NCBI GenBank assembly: GCA_036785375.1
Contig: JAWMAR010000884.1
Span: 62,001-126,000 of the forward strand
Length of the DNA stretch: 64,000 nucleotides
Origin: Leucoraja ocellata
Taxonomy: Eukaryota
Direction of reading: 5' to 3'
This document shows, one piece after another, positions 25,296-36,348 of the stretch. A program made the translations under genes and the position numbers. Within the stretch, counting starts at the first letter, position 1; the number at the start of each line of letters is the position of its first letter. The notes beneath the pieces are model-generated. The model was not told the DNA's origin and did no database searches. It worked only from the letters and a program-made list of their open reading frames with translations.

Positions 25296-26489
25296 TCTGA
25301 ACATTCACGGACCTACACATACATGCACCACCACACTTATTGTGAAGATCATTCTTTTCGAGACCACAAGCCTTATTTGTACATCACAATTTTGAATCCT
25401 GCATTTTACATCAACATTTAACTGCAACATTTAACGTGGAACACCCGCAAAGAATTATGTCAACAGTTTGCCTTCGGAGCCTGGGGGATTAAATGGGAGA
25501 TGTTTTGAAGGGAGCTGTAATCAGCTCTGCAGGATACTGCCAAATTTTTCCTGTTCAGGTGCCAACAAGTTTGGGACTTCCACACAGGCAAATGCAAACT
25601 TGACAGTTGCCTCAGGGGATCCACAGAAGCCGACTGCAGTCACTTCTCATTTGGTCATCAAGAGCAAGGGCAGTTCACACTGACCATGCAACTGGAGCCC
25701 ATGAGTCTTTCAAAACAATTCACTTCTTCCATTTACCTGCTAGTAATCCAGGCACCAAATATTTAAAAAGATAAGATTTTGAACAAAATGTTATCAATTT
25801 TATTATTTCGCATTAACATTGCGATATTTATCCAGTGAAGATCGTATGTTGACTTCATATTAAAGGTTGTACTTCAGACTCCAAACCTGGGCTGGTGGGT
25901 GAGGTTATTGGCAAAGGTTAGCTCCTCAAATTTGGAATAGACAGTTGGAAGTGATAGCCACTGCAGCAGGTACTGTAAATATTATAAAATCTTTGCTTCA
26001 AGGGGAATGGCAAAAGTGTGTTTCTCATTCACCTTCCAAGAGATGAATATTTCTGTGCTATTAACAAAAAACAATGGAATAAATTTAAAACACGCTAAAA
26101 TTTATTTTTCCTCCTGTGAGTGAAATCTATAGGTCCCGAAGTGCGCATTTTATATTTGTCTTGTTCCCTTCCACCCAAACCTCAACAGGATTAATAACTA
26201 CCAATGCATTTTACAATGCTACGCACTAGAATAATAAAGTTGTAGTTAGTTAGTAGAGGCTCAACTAGTAGAAATAATTGTCCCCTGTATTTTCTGGCAG
26301 TTTTCCATCTCTAGATTTTCTTGCTGCACAAGATTGAATGGCGCGTATATTGATGTTATTAAATAACGGAAATATCAATGCCAATTCCAATCATGCTCTC
26401 ACTGTGTATACACATGCACTTTTGCAGCAGAGCTAACATAGGTGACGAGCAAACAGTTATCCTGCTCAACACAGGAATGCACAGACCAA

Positions 26490-27226
26490 TTCTACTGCCT
26501 TATAGGAAAGATGTCGTCAAGCTGGAAAGGGTACAGAGAAGATTTACGAGGATGTTGCCAGGACTGGTAGGTCCTGGCAACATCCAGGACACTGTGAGAG
26601 CAGTCATCGTGGCGCAGCGGTAGAGTTGCTGCCTTACAGCGAATGCAGCGCCAGAGACCCAGGTTCGAACCTGACAACAGGTGCTGTCTGTACAGAGTTT
26701 GTCTCCCCATGATCTGCGTGGGTTTTCTCTGATATCTTCGGTTTCCTCCTATACTCCAAAGTCGTACAGGTTTGTAGGTTCATTGGCTTAGTAAATTTAA
26801 AAATTATCCCTTGTGGGTGTAGGATAGTGTTAATGTGCATGGATCGCTAGATGTGCATAGACCCGGTGGGCCGAAGGGCCTGTTTCCGCGATGTATCTCT
26901 AAATTAAACTAAACTAGACTAGGAGGTCTGAGCTACAGGGAGAAATTGGGTAGGCTGGGACTCTATTCATTGGAGCGCAGAAGGATGAGGGGTGATCTTA
27001 TAAATGTGTATAAAATCATGAGAGTAATAGATCGGGTGGATGCACAGTGTCTCTTGCCCAGAGTAGGTGAATCGAGGAGAAGAGGACATAGGTTTAAGGT
27101 GAAGTGGAAAATATTTAATAGGAATCTGAGGGGTACCTTTGTCACACAAAGGGTGCTGGGGGTATGAAACAAGCTGCCAAAGGAGATAGTTGAGACAGAG
27201 ACTATTCCAATGTTTAAGAACCAGTT
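26490..27226 (+). mobile_element. CR1 3' fragment, left part (continues at 36114-36495), containing a V-SINE
   Basis: YRKDVVKLERVQRRFTRMLPGL and LGLYSLERRRMRGDLI...NLRGTFVTQRV. The sequence resumes as TTAGACAGGTA..GGATAGG after 36114. Confidence 0.88.
26600..26920 (+). mobile_element. V-SINE (HE1-like), full length
   Basis: Box A TGGCGCAGCGG, box B GGTTCGAACC, V-domain, CR1-like tail GGGCCGAAGGGCCTGTTTCC and (CTAAA)n. Confidence 0.88.
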
Positions 27227-27327
27227 TGTTTTGATATCTGTCCGTTTAAAAATTAAGTAAACTAGTACATAATGTCCAGAGAAAGATGGCTACACACATA
27301 CTCATGTTGGAGTCTAAAATAGGAATG

Positions 27328-28767
27328 CAGGGCTGGAAATTAACGGTTGCCCGGGTGCCACTGACCACTCAAAGTGCCGCTGGGCAACCTAAATGGCGAA
27401 TCATTTTGCCCGGCTTGGCAACTTGGTTTATACCGTAGACCGAAGTGTGTTGTGACGGAGGGTCGGAGCGAAGGACGGGTCCCGCGCAGCCGTGGCTCCA
27501 TCTCCTCCCCCTCCTCCTGCTCCTGCTCCTGCACCCCGCCCGGCCCGATAACGGCTGCTGCTGCCACTCTGCTTTGAAAGCAAACCCTTGTAGGGGGGAG
27601 GTGTCGGTCAGAGGCAGAAGGGGAGGGGGGAGGGGGGGGGGGCGCACTGAGGATAGAGCGCGATGATTGGAAGAGGGAGACGTGCCAAAACACTCTCGGC
27701 AGCCCTGCACCGCAGCCAGGATCGATCCGGCGCTGCAATCGCCGCCGAACCGCCACTGGACCACTGGACCATCCCCATCCCCGCGAGAAGTGTCGTGAGT
27801 CAGACGGGAGCCGTGCCGCTAGGCCCACAGCCAGCACAGAGAAGCAGCGCAAAACCCAGCTCACTCTGCCTGTCCCTGTCTGGATTGAGACAGGGCTGTA
27901 GGCGAGACAGGCAGAGTTCAGCTGCATTTAGCGCTGGATTGAGCTGAAATTACCGTTCACGGGACCTCCGAATCCTCGCGCACGTGTGTGAATGTGCGCA
28001 TGCGCGCGCGGCCGCCAAGATATTCTGTCCCCCGGTCCCCTCTATATTTTTATAGCAATTTCCGTGCCTGATAGGGATGCCGAAGGCAGCGATGATGCCG
28101 GTGATGTCCGAGGAGCGCTGGCCCTCCCTCCCACCTCCTCTGCCCCTTCCTCTCTCTCTCTCTCTTGTACGCCCCCCTCCACTCCCCCTTATCCTGAGAC
28201 CCCTCCTCTCCATCCCGCACTGATCCCCATTCCTGCCTCTATTCAGTCCTCACTGACATCCCCCGTGCTCCCCTCCTCATCTACTCTCCCCCCTCCCCCA
28301 TCTATTCATCCTGCACTGATCTCCCTATCAATCTCGCATTGATTCTCCTGCCACTCCCCATCAATCTTACACTAGTCCCCCCAATTGATCCTGTACTGAC
28401 CCCCCTTCCCATCCATCCTGCACTGCTCCTCCCCTTCATCCAGCACTGCTCCCCCATCCATCGTGCACAGATCCCCCCCCATTCAACCCACTGTCATTCC
28501 CGCGCTCTCCCCTCATAATTTTATCTACTCCAACCAACACGCACTAATTCCCCTGCCTCAATCCATCCAATCCGCACCGATTGCCTTCTCAAGCCCCCCC
28601 CCACCACCATCTATCCATCCTGCACTGATTCACACACCCCCCCCCCGACCCTATTGTGCTGGAAACGTCTTCAGAGCGAACATCGACAATGTTTGATAAC
28701 GGAATGCGATCAAATATGTTTTAATTCCCGATGTTATTATTTGTTTTAATCCATAAAGATGGATTAA
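27328..28767. mobile_element. Probable hAT-like non-autonomous DNA element (left end only), GC/C-rich interior
   Basis: Begins abruptly within the LTR with CAGGGCTGGAAATTAAC and subterminal GGTTGCCC/GGGCAACC motifs. The matching right TIR was not found. Confidence 0.45.
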
Positions 28768-28943
28768 TTTTACTTCGGAGTCACGTGAGTGACTACGTGA
28801 AGAACCCACCCAGCGCGCAGGCGCGGCATTACGTCAGCAGTGCAACAGCGGCAGCAGCTGGAGCCAGGCTCTCCAGCTGCAGCATAAAGACAAGACCTCA
28901 GGTAAGTGCCCTTTTTTGTTACAGAGTCGCTCCAGAGAGAATC

Positions 28944-30155
28944 ATGGCCTCTCGCAAGCGACCAGCCAGGAGGACTGCCTGCCCAACTCCACCCGAGGAC
29001 GGGTCCATAGCGGGACGGCAGCCTCTCGCAGCGGAGGAGCCTTTTCAACGCTCCCGCTCACCCGACACCGAGCCGCCCCCAGTGCTGCAGATTTCAACGC
29101 CCCGCACAGGGAGGAAGGCGACACATAAAACCGACCGGACGGTGTCCTCCGATGAATCGGAGGAACGGGAACACTCTCCCCCACCGAAAAGGGGAGATGC
29201 TCGGATCAGCTGCATGAGGCAGCTCCTAGAGCGAATGATAAACGAGGAGATGCGGCATCTCCCAGGAGGACGGGCTTTGGCCTCCTCCTCTCCACACCCT
29301 TCTGTACCCTCTATGTTCGAGGGCAGTAAGGGAGGCCAGGACTGGGCTGGCCTATCCCAAGGGCAGGCGGAGGATACCATCAGCATGCCGGGCGTGCCGG
29401 AAGAAGAGCTACTGGGTGTAGTGGGCCGATATGCAGCGCCCCCAAAAACTGGGATGGTGTTGCCACCCAGAATGGCGGCCACCATAAACAGGCTGTCCAA
29501 CAACCCGCTGCAGGACAAGGCTGTCCAGCAGGCCCTTGACAATTACATAGCGCCAGAAAATTGCGAGGCGCTGAGGGTCAAGACGGTCAATGGGCAGATC
29601 TGGAACCAGCTGGGGCAGCAAATCAGGGCTCAGGAAGTCAAAATGCAGCGAGTCCTGAAGCTCCACTCAGCAGCCGTCACCGCCTTTGCTCGGTCCGTTG
29701 GGGATGAAGACCTGACCATACCCCAGCAGGATGCCCTCGCACTGATGTGCAGCACCACCTATGAGCTAAATAACCTACGGCGGGACAACATCAGGCCTGC
29801 CCTCAACCCAACATATGCCGGCCTCTGTAAAGCTCCAGCGCCCGAACGACAGGCGCTGCTATTTGGTGCGGATCTGGCCAAAAGGCTGAAGGAGTTGGAA
29901 GAGGCGGCAAAACCAGTAGGCCTCATGAGGGCAGGGCCAGGACCGAGCAGGGTGAAGACACCCAGTTGGCCGCACGCCTCGGCAGCCACCAGCAGATACC
30001 GAGCTGGTGAAAGCCTGGTGACCGCCTCCCACTACCCCCAGAGCTCTTTTTTAGAGCGGGGCCCAGGGCGGAGCCGTGGGAAGATGCGCCGCCCCACCGC
30101 AGCACCAACACGGACAACCTTGGGCCAGACCCACCGAAAACGACCCCACAAGTGA
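28944..30155 (+). CDS. DIRS ORF1 (gag-like), 403 aa from the ATG inside the element
   Basis: Uninterrupted ORF; PENCE.L.V..VN..IW and ELN.LRRD.IRP.L..LFG.DL motifs typical of DIRS ORF1. Confidence 0.85.
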   Translation: MASRKRPARRTACPTPPEDGSIAGRQPLAAEEPFQRSRSPDTEPPPVLQISTPRTGRKATHKTDRTVSSDESEEREHSPPPKRGDARISCMRQLLERMINEEMRHLPGGRALASSSPHPSVPSMFEGSKGGQDWAGLSQGQAEDTISMPGVPEEELLGVVGRYAAPPKTGMVLPPRMAATINRLSNNPLQDKAVQQALDNYIAPENCEALRVKTVNGQIWNQLGQQIRAQEVKMQRVLKLHSAAVTAFARSVGDEDLTIPQQDALALMCSTTYELNNLRRDNIRPALNPTYAGLCKAPAPERQALLFGADLAKRLKELEEAAKPVGLMRAGPGPSRVKTPSWPHASAATSRYRAGESLVTASHYPQSSFLERGPGRSRGKMRRPTAAPTRTTLGQTHRKRPHK

Positions 30156-30157
30156 AC

Positions 30158-32092
30158 ATGGAGGTAGGTGGGTCTGGTTCCTGTCAACATACACAGACAA
30201 AGGGTGTAGTATTAACAGGGGGACGTTTGAGGTTCTTCAAGCATGTTTGGTGCTCCCTTACTAACAATAAGTTTATACTCAACAGTATTAGTGGATACAA
30301 AATTGAGTTCAAACCAGGCGTAGAACCGCCAGTTCAGCACATGCCCCAAAGGGTGTTCCTTCCCTCGGCAGTTGAGAAGGTAGAAGGACAAGCTGAACTT
30401 GATCGGCTCGTGGCTAAAGGCATCATAGAAATGACCACACACGAGCCGCAAGAATTTGTATCAAATATTTTTCTCAAAACCAAAAAAGATGGTGGATGTC
30501 GCATTATTATTGATCTGACGTCACTTAATCAGTCTGTTGAGTATCAACATTTCAAAATGGAGACATTTGTCACTGCCAGACAACTGATCTCCAAGGGATA
30601 CTACATGGCAAGCATAGATATCAAAGATGCTTACTATTTGGTACCCATTCATAAAGATTACTTTAAATATCTGAAATTTATCTGGAGGGGCCAGCTATGG
30701 CAGTACCGAGCTTTGCCCAATGGTTTAACGACAGCTCCCAGACTATTTACGAAAATTCTTAAAGTGGCCATGAAGAAATTGAGAGAACTAAAATATTTAG
30801 TTGTGGCCTATCTGGACGATGTTCTCATATTAGGAAGAACACGGGAACAAGCTGTCGCAGGAGTGTTAGCCACTAAACAACTCCTTGAAACTTTGGGTTT
30901 TATCCTTCACCCAGATAAATCAATATTGGAGCCTACTACTAACATGGATTACCTAGGCTTCACTATTGACACGATTCACATGACTGTCACTCTGCCCAGA
31001 GACAAAACAGTTTCACTCATTGAAGCTTGTAGCCATTTAATTGCTACACCGCAACCTAGAATACGGCATGTAGCCAGAGTTATTGGCTCTATAGTAGCAG
31101 CATTTCCGGCTGCCCAACATGGGCCCTTGCATTATCAAAATCTACAAAGAGCAAGGACTCATGCATTACGCCTTCATAGGGGGCATTATGATCGCAAAAT
31201 GGATTTACCCGCTGAAGCCAAATCAGAACTTCAGTGGTGGGTTGACAATATTTGGCACAGTCACAGTCCTATCGCCGTAACCAATCCTAACATAACCATT
31301 GCAACGGATGCCAGTGCTTTAGGCTGGGGAGCTACTAACTCCATAGACAGCACAGGTGGCAGATGGACTAACTCAGAGGCATCGCTACTACAATCACTGG
31401 GCATTAACTTTTTGGAAATGCTCGCCGCCTTTTATGGGCTAAAAGCATATGCATCTGATATGCGGCACGTGCATGTTAGAATCATGATCGACAACACTAC
31501 GGCAGTATCTTATATCCAGCACATGGGTGGCATTAAATCAGTATCATGCGACAAATTAACTGCTATAATCTGGCAATGGTGTGTCGAGAGACATATTTGG
31601 CTATCAGCTGCCTATTTACCAGGCAAGCTAAATTTAGTGGCGGACACCAGGTCACGAAAATTCAACGACAACATCGAATGGATGTTGGACCCAAAATTAT
31701 TTGCTAAAATTGTCAAGCAATATGGTACGCCAGATATAGATTTGTTTGCGTCTAGGTTAAATCACCAACTACCCATGTATGTGGCTTGGGAACCAGACCC
31801 AGAGGCAGCAGCGGTAGATGCCTTCACGCTGGATTGGGGAAATTTCTTTTTCTATGCTTTCCCTCCCTTCTGCCTCATCAGTCGGGTACTCCAGAAAATT
31901 CAGGCAGACTCAGCCTCTGGCATTCTGGTCGTGCCCGACTGGCCTACCCAACCATGGTTCCCAATGTTCCACGACATGGTGGTAGAGACACCTATGGTCC
32001 TTCAACACCACCCCCAATTATTGACTCACCCGGTAACTGGCATTAGCCATCCATGCCACCAAAAATTGAAACTCCTGGTTTCCAGATTTTGA
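30158..32092 (+). CDS. DIRS ORF2: reverse transcriptase + RNase H + DNA adenine methyltransferase-like domain
   Basis: GGRL, IDIKDAY, LPNGL, YLDD (RT); TDAS, INFLE, DNTTAV, ADTRSR (RNase H); DLFAS...YAFPPF...VPDWPTQPWF (MT-like). Confidence 0.95.
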   Translation: MEVGGSGSCQHTQTKGVVLTGGRLRFFKHVWCSLTNNKFILNSISGYKIEFKPGVEPPVQHMPQRVFLPSAVEKVEGQAELDRLVAKGIIEMTTHEPQEFVSNIFLKTKKDGGCRIIIDLTSLNQSVEYQHFKMETFVTARQLISKGYYMASIDIKDAYYLVPIHKDYFKYLKFIWRGQLWQYRALPNGLTTAPRLFTKILKVAMKKLRELKYLVVAYLDDVLILGRTREQAVAGVLATKQLLETLGFILHPDKSILEPTTNMDYLGFTIDTIHMTVTLPRDKTVSLIEACSHLIATPQPRIRHVARVIGSIVAAFPAAQHGPLHYQNLQRARTHALRLHRGHYDRKMDLPAEAKSELQWWVDNIWHSHSPIAVTNPNITIATDASALGWGATNSIDSTGGRWTNSEASLLQSLGINFLEMLAAFYGLKAYASDMRHVHVRIMIDNTTAVSYIQHMGGIKSVSCDKLTAIIWQWCVERHIWLSAAYLPGKLNLVADTRSRKFNDNIEWMLDPKLFAKIVKQYGTPDIDLFASRLNHQLPMYVAWEPDPEAAAVDAFTLDWGNFFFYAFPPFCLISRVLQKIQADSASGILVVPDWPTQPWFPMFHDMVVETPMVLQHHPQLLTHPVTGISHPCHQKLKLLVSRF

Positions 32093-33063
32093 ACAGGCCT
32101 TACCGGGGATTGGGGTTATCAGACAGAACAATCACCACCATGTCGGCATCCCTGCGAGTTTCCACCAAGAAACAGTACCTGACCTTCATCAGGAAATGGG
32201 AACAGTACTGTCTGGACGCAGGGACATCCTACAAGACGGCTTCGATCACGGATGTGCTGGAGTTCCTGGCCCACCTGCACCATGATCTCAAGATGAGCTA
32301 CAGTGCCATCAATACGGCTCGGAGCGCACTGTCCGCATACCTCATGCCGATAGGACAGCATAGTGTGGGATCCCACCCTCTGGTCATCAGACTCCTTAAG
32401 GGGATCTTTAATACCAAACCCCCTACACCTAGATACACCCACATGTGGGATGTGAGTGTAGTTCTGACACACCTTCGAGGTTGGCCTCCGGTGGGATCCC
32501 TGAGCCTGGAACAGTCCACTTATAAGACCCTCATGCTCATGGCGCTTGTCTCAGCTCAAAGGGTTCAGTCGCTCCATCAGCTAAATCTGAACTACATGGT
32601 GACCACCCCAGATACCATTACTTTCACCATGCCGGGGTTGGTAAAACAAAGTAGACCAGGTACATCAAACTCCCCGTTGATCTTCCGGGCTTACCCTCCA
32701 GAACCTAGGCTGTGTGTGGTGACCCACCTTCGTCATTATCTAGACACAACCCAAACGCTTAGAGGGAGAGAGAAAGCCTTATGGGTTAGCCACAGAAAGC
32801 CTTTTGGACGGGTTACCAGCCAGACATTATCCAGATGGTTGAAACAGGTCCTCAGCATGGCAGGGATTAACACAAATGTTTTTAAATCCCATTCAACCAG
32901 GGCAGCGTCCACCTCAGCGGCGGATAGGATGCAGGTTCCCCTAGACCACATCCTCAGAGCAGCGGGATGGTCAAGGGAATCGACATTCCAACGATTTTAC
33001 AGAAAACCGCTGATGGAACAGGACGTCTTTGCGGATACCATTTTAGAAACCGCAAAGTTATGA
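32053..33063 (+). CDS. DIRS ORF3: tyrosine recombinase (true start may be ATG 32140)
   Basis: SAM-like N-terminal domain (FLAHL..SYSAINTARSALS); catalytic SAQR, K, HSTR, AGW, FQRFY. Confidence 0.95.
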   Translation: MPPKIETPGFQILNRPYRGLGLSDRTITTMSASLRVSTKKQYLTFIRKWEQYCLDAGTSYKTASITDVLEFLAHLHHDLKMSYSAINTARSALSAYLMPIGQHSVGSHPLVIRLLKGIFNTKPPTPRYTHMWDVSVVLTHLRGWPPVGSLSLEQSTYKTLMLMALVSAQRVQSLHQLNLNYMVTTPDTITFTMPGLVKQSRPGTSNSPLIFRAYPPEPRLCVVTHLRHYLDTTQTLRGREKALWVSHRKPFGRVTSQTLSRWLKQVLSMAGINTNVFKSHSTRAASTSAADRMQVPLDHILRAAGWSRESTFQRFYRKPLMEQDVFADTILETAKL

Positions 33064-34171
33064 TTTAAAGCCCATGGGAGCTACTTTTTGTTATAGTTAA
33101 TAAACATTTCTTTTATAACTAAACAAACTTGTTGTTCTTTAGCTACCACTACCTTCCTCGATGATCTTTCGGCAGTGAGTGATATAACTGTTACACGGTT
33201 TGAAATCACAGACCTTTGAAGTCTTCACGTAGTCACTCACGTGACTCCGAAGTAAAATAGTAAGATTAAACGAGTACTTGCCAGTACGAAGTTTGATCTG
33301 TATTTTATGAGGAGTTACGATGAGGGATTACGTGCCCTCCGCTCCCACCCTCATTATATAGATCAAATTCGGACTAATGTCTCGTTGGTCTTTACTATCT
33401 TTACTTCAACTAGTGTCTATCTGTGATTCCACACCGCTGCTTGGAAGTATGCCGCGCCTGCGCGCTGGGTGGGTTCTTCACGTAATCCCTCATCGTAACT
33501 CCTCATAAAATACAGATCAAACTTCGTACTGGCAAGTACTCGTTTAATCTTACTATTAAATTGTGAACACGTGAAACATTAAAACCGCAGTGTTCAATTG
33601 TCACTGCTACCGTTGACACATTATTACATAATTCATTTTAATGGCGAATCAATGTTCTTGATATGGAGTATCAGTACTGTAGTTATTTACTGAGCAACAT
33701 TCACAACTATATGTTGGATTTATCCAGATTTTACTTCTACAGTCAGTCATATACATCACAAATTTGGTCAGGAGATATTTCAGTTGAAATTTTAAAGTTA
33801 ATTCTGAAGTGGGAATGATGGAAAAAGCATTTATCAACAATTTTTTTTTAAATTGTTGCTTACAAACTGGGTATCTTCATTGCTGTTCACAACACATACA
33901 TCTAATCTGAATGTCCGGTAATGTGGCGTCTTGACACCTTTAAATATATTACCAAAAGAACATTTGCTGCATTTATGTCCTTTGGCCATCTCTTGTTAGT
34001 TGGTGTAATGTTTAATGGGTATAGTCAGTTTTAACAGCTATTATCATAAAATGCCTTTAGAAAATTCCTTGCAACCTGTATATTTTGTTGTGGATAAATT
34101 ATGTGGGAAGCGAGAGTGTTTCTGTCCCAATAGCAATAACGACCCATGCTATGGCCATGTCATGATAATTT

Positions 34172-35644
34172 TCAGTCCTTCACGGAAAACCTAACGATCA
34201 GCCTGCGACACCATTCAGTGGGTTCTTCGACTTTAGTCGTGATGTCCTGCTCGACCAGCTTCATGAGACCATTCATGACCTTCTCTTTCATGGCTACACG
34301 TACAGGCTTTGGAGAACACTGTGATGGGATCACATCCTCCATCCTAGTTACCAACTTGACCTTGCCAGGCAGTCTCCCAGGTCTTTCGTCGTCAAAGACA
34401 TCTATGTAGCTCTTGAGTAATGAGCCAGCCTCGCTAACAGCATTCAGGCTCTTGAAGTTCTCGTCATGAACCATGATGAGTTTCATCTGTTGTGCAGCTT
34501 TGCCACTCAGTAGCGGTGTGAGCCAGCCTTCCTCTACCACTATGAAGTGAACCCGGTACTTCTTGTTGTTCGTCTCGTTCCGGAGTACGAATTTCGTCCT
34601 ACCTTCCGCCAGCAGGTTGGATCTGTTGCACATCTTTAAGGTGATTTTCTCTTGTCTAATGTCCTCTTTGATGGGTACAAGATGCTTGGCAATCACATTA
34701 ACACTGGCACCAGTCAATCCGAAACTTGATGGCTGCTGTGCCGACCTGCATCTCAGCAAATAGAGCTGGAGGAATTGTTCCAGCTGCATTGATCTCAATG
34801 TACTCAGACTGTGTCGGAAATGGACGTTGTGTCAGATGTATCTACGACTTTGTGCAGACCCCGTTTCTGCATGCTCTCGTTCCTCTGCTTGCAGCAGCAG
34901 GCGGTGGTTTTGACGTGCGCATCTGTAGCATTCCTTCCCATACGCTGGGCATTCCTCCTTCCAACGCTTATCTGTCTTTACACAGAACTTGCACTTTACT
35001 AATCCCTGATTCTTCCTCTGTGAAAGAAAATCAACCATCTTTTCCCTTGGTTTGAATCGTTCCACCTTGTGTATTTTTGGCTCTTCGCTGATGACCTGCA
35101 TTCTTGCCGCTGTTAACTCCGTCGATCTACATATGTCCACAGGCCCCTGCAGTGTCAGATTCCTCTTTTGAAGCAATGTCTTCCTAGTTGACCGGTCTGC
35201 AATACCAATGACGATGCAATCTCGAATGAAGCTTTCTCTCAGGCACTCACAGAAGTTGTATGTTTTAGCAAACTCCTTCAGCTCTGCAACACAAGATTCA
35301 ATGCTTTCCCCTGATTTCTGGTCTCGTTTATTGAATATGAATCTTTCATAGGTTTCATTCGTCTCTCCTATGATGATGGTAGACATCTTGTCGATGATGA
35401 CTTTCACATCCGTCTCATCTGCTACCGTCTCGAACGTCAGGGTATTGTAGATTTGCACGCACTGCGGTCCAACAGTATGCAGGGATACTGCTTTTTGATA
35501 CTGTTTCTCCTTCTTCTCCAGTTCTGTTATCACTGCATAATTTTCATACATTTGTTTAAACATTTTCCACTCTTCCATCTTGTTCTCTTTGAGCTTTAGA
35601 TTGGGTGGTGGAGCCACGTGGAGAGATGGACTGGTCTGCGCCAT
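34172..35644 (-). pseudogene. Gypsy gag (34832-35644) and protease/RT-start remnants (34172-34798)
   Basis: ETYERF.FNKRDQ..GES, IRD.IV.GI, CPAYGKEC..C knuckle. TGASVN protease-site remnant and KVEEPTEWC. Confidence 0.85.
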
Positions 35645-36139
35645 TTTGAAATATCAGCACATTCCCTCGCTCTTACTAGCTTATTTTATCTTTAAGCAGA
35701 CTCTCACAGCACGCCGTTTTAAACATCAACTCCCACAGTGCTAATTTACACGCAGCATCTCAGCTTTGTGTGTTCACTGACCTGTATTCACTCAAGCATG
35801 CAGCCAGTCCGGTCACTGAGCATTGAAACATTGATTTCTGAAAGCTTTACAAAGCATTTTTTCTAATCATCATAGTGTCCATTTGATTCACGAATGTCCA
35901 CTTTCACCACTGCCACCATGTTTTGATATCTGTCTGCTTATAAAATAAATAATCTGGTACATAATATACAGAGAAAGATGGCTACACACACACTCATTTT
36001 GGAGTCTAAAACAGGAATTATTTATTTCCAAGTCAAAGGTCACTGACTAATTTACTAAGCATGTGCGAGAATGAGCACAGCTCACATGCATAATTTACAG
36101 GGATATTGTCACACAATTAGACAGGTATATGGACAGAAA

Positions 36140-36348
36140 GTAGACACAAAATACTGGAGTATCTCAGCGGGACAGGTAAAATCTCTGGAGAGAAGGAATG
36201 GGTGATGTTTTGGGTCGAGATTGAAGAAGGATCTCGACCGGAAACGTCACCCATTTCTTCTCTCCAGAGATGCTGCCTGTCCCACTGAGATACTCCAGCA
36301 TTTTATGTCTACCTTCGATTTAAACTAGCATCTGCAGTTGTTTCCTAC
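36140..36348. mobile_element. Fold-back (inverted dimer) of the Penelope-derived mini-element
   Basis: Arms 36140-36220 and 36231-36312 are reverse complements. Flanked by ACAGGTATATGGACAG/ACAGGTACATGGATAG duplication within the CR1 tail. Confidence 0.75.

Larger units (their letters stand above)
28768..33557 (+). mobile_element. DIRS1-type tyrosine-recombinase retrotransposon, apparently intact (lITR, gag, RT-RH-MT, YR, ICR, rITR+rE)
   Basis: Left ITR 28768-~28830 is inverted at 33449-33484. ICR 33222-33334 is complementary to both the left terminus and the right extension. ATT at both junctions. Three overlapping open ORFs. Confidence 0.96.
27227..36113 (-). mobile_element. Gypsy LTR retrotransposon, decayed: 5' LTR 35919-36113, PBS, gag, protease/RT remnant, partial 3' LTR 27227-27326; hosts nested elements
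   Basis: 27227-27326 aligns with 35919-36018. PBS TGGTGGCAGTGGTG (tRNA-Leu type) at 35905-35918. TG...CA ends. Near-TSD CAGTT (27222-27226)/CAATT (36114-36118). Confidence 0.85.

Noticed and set aside
27340-28700. CpG-island promoter or first exon of a host gene; Pro/Ser-rich ORFs
   Set aside because: Lies inside a Gypsy LTR interruption beginning with a TIR-like sequence; ORFs are low-complexity by-products of C-rich DNA.
28731-28943. N-terminal 71-aa extension of DIRS ORF1
   Set aside because: Starts outside the element's left terminus (28768); a chance open frame.
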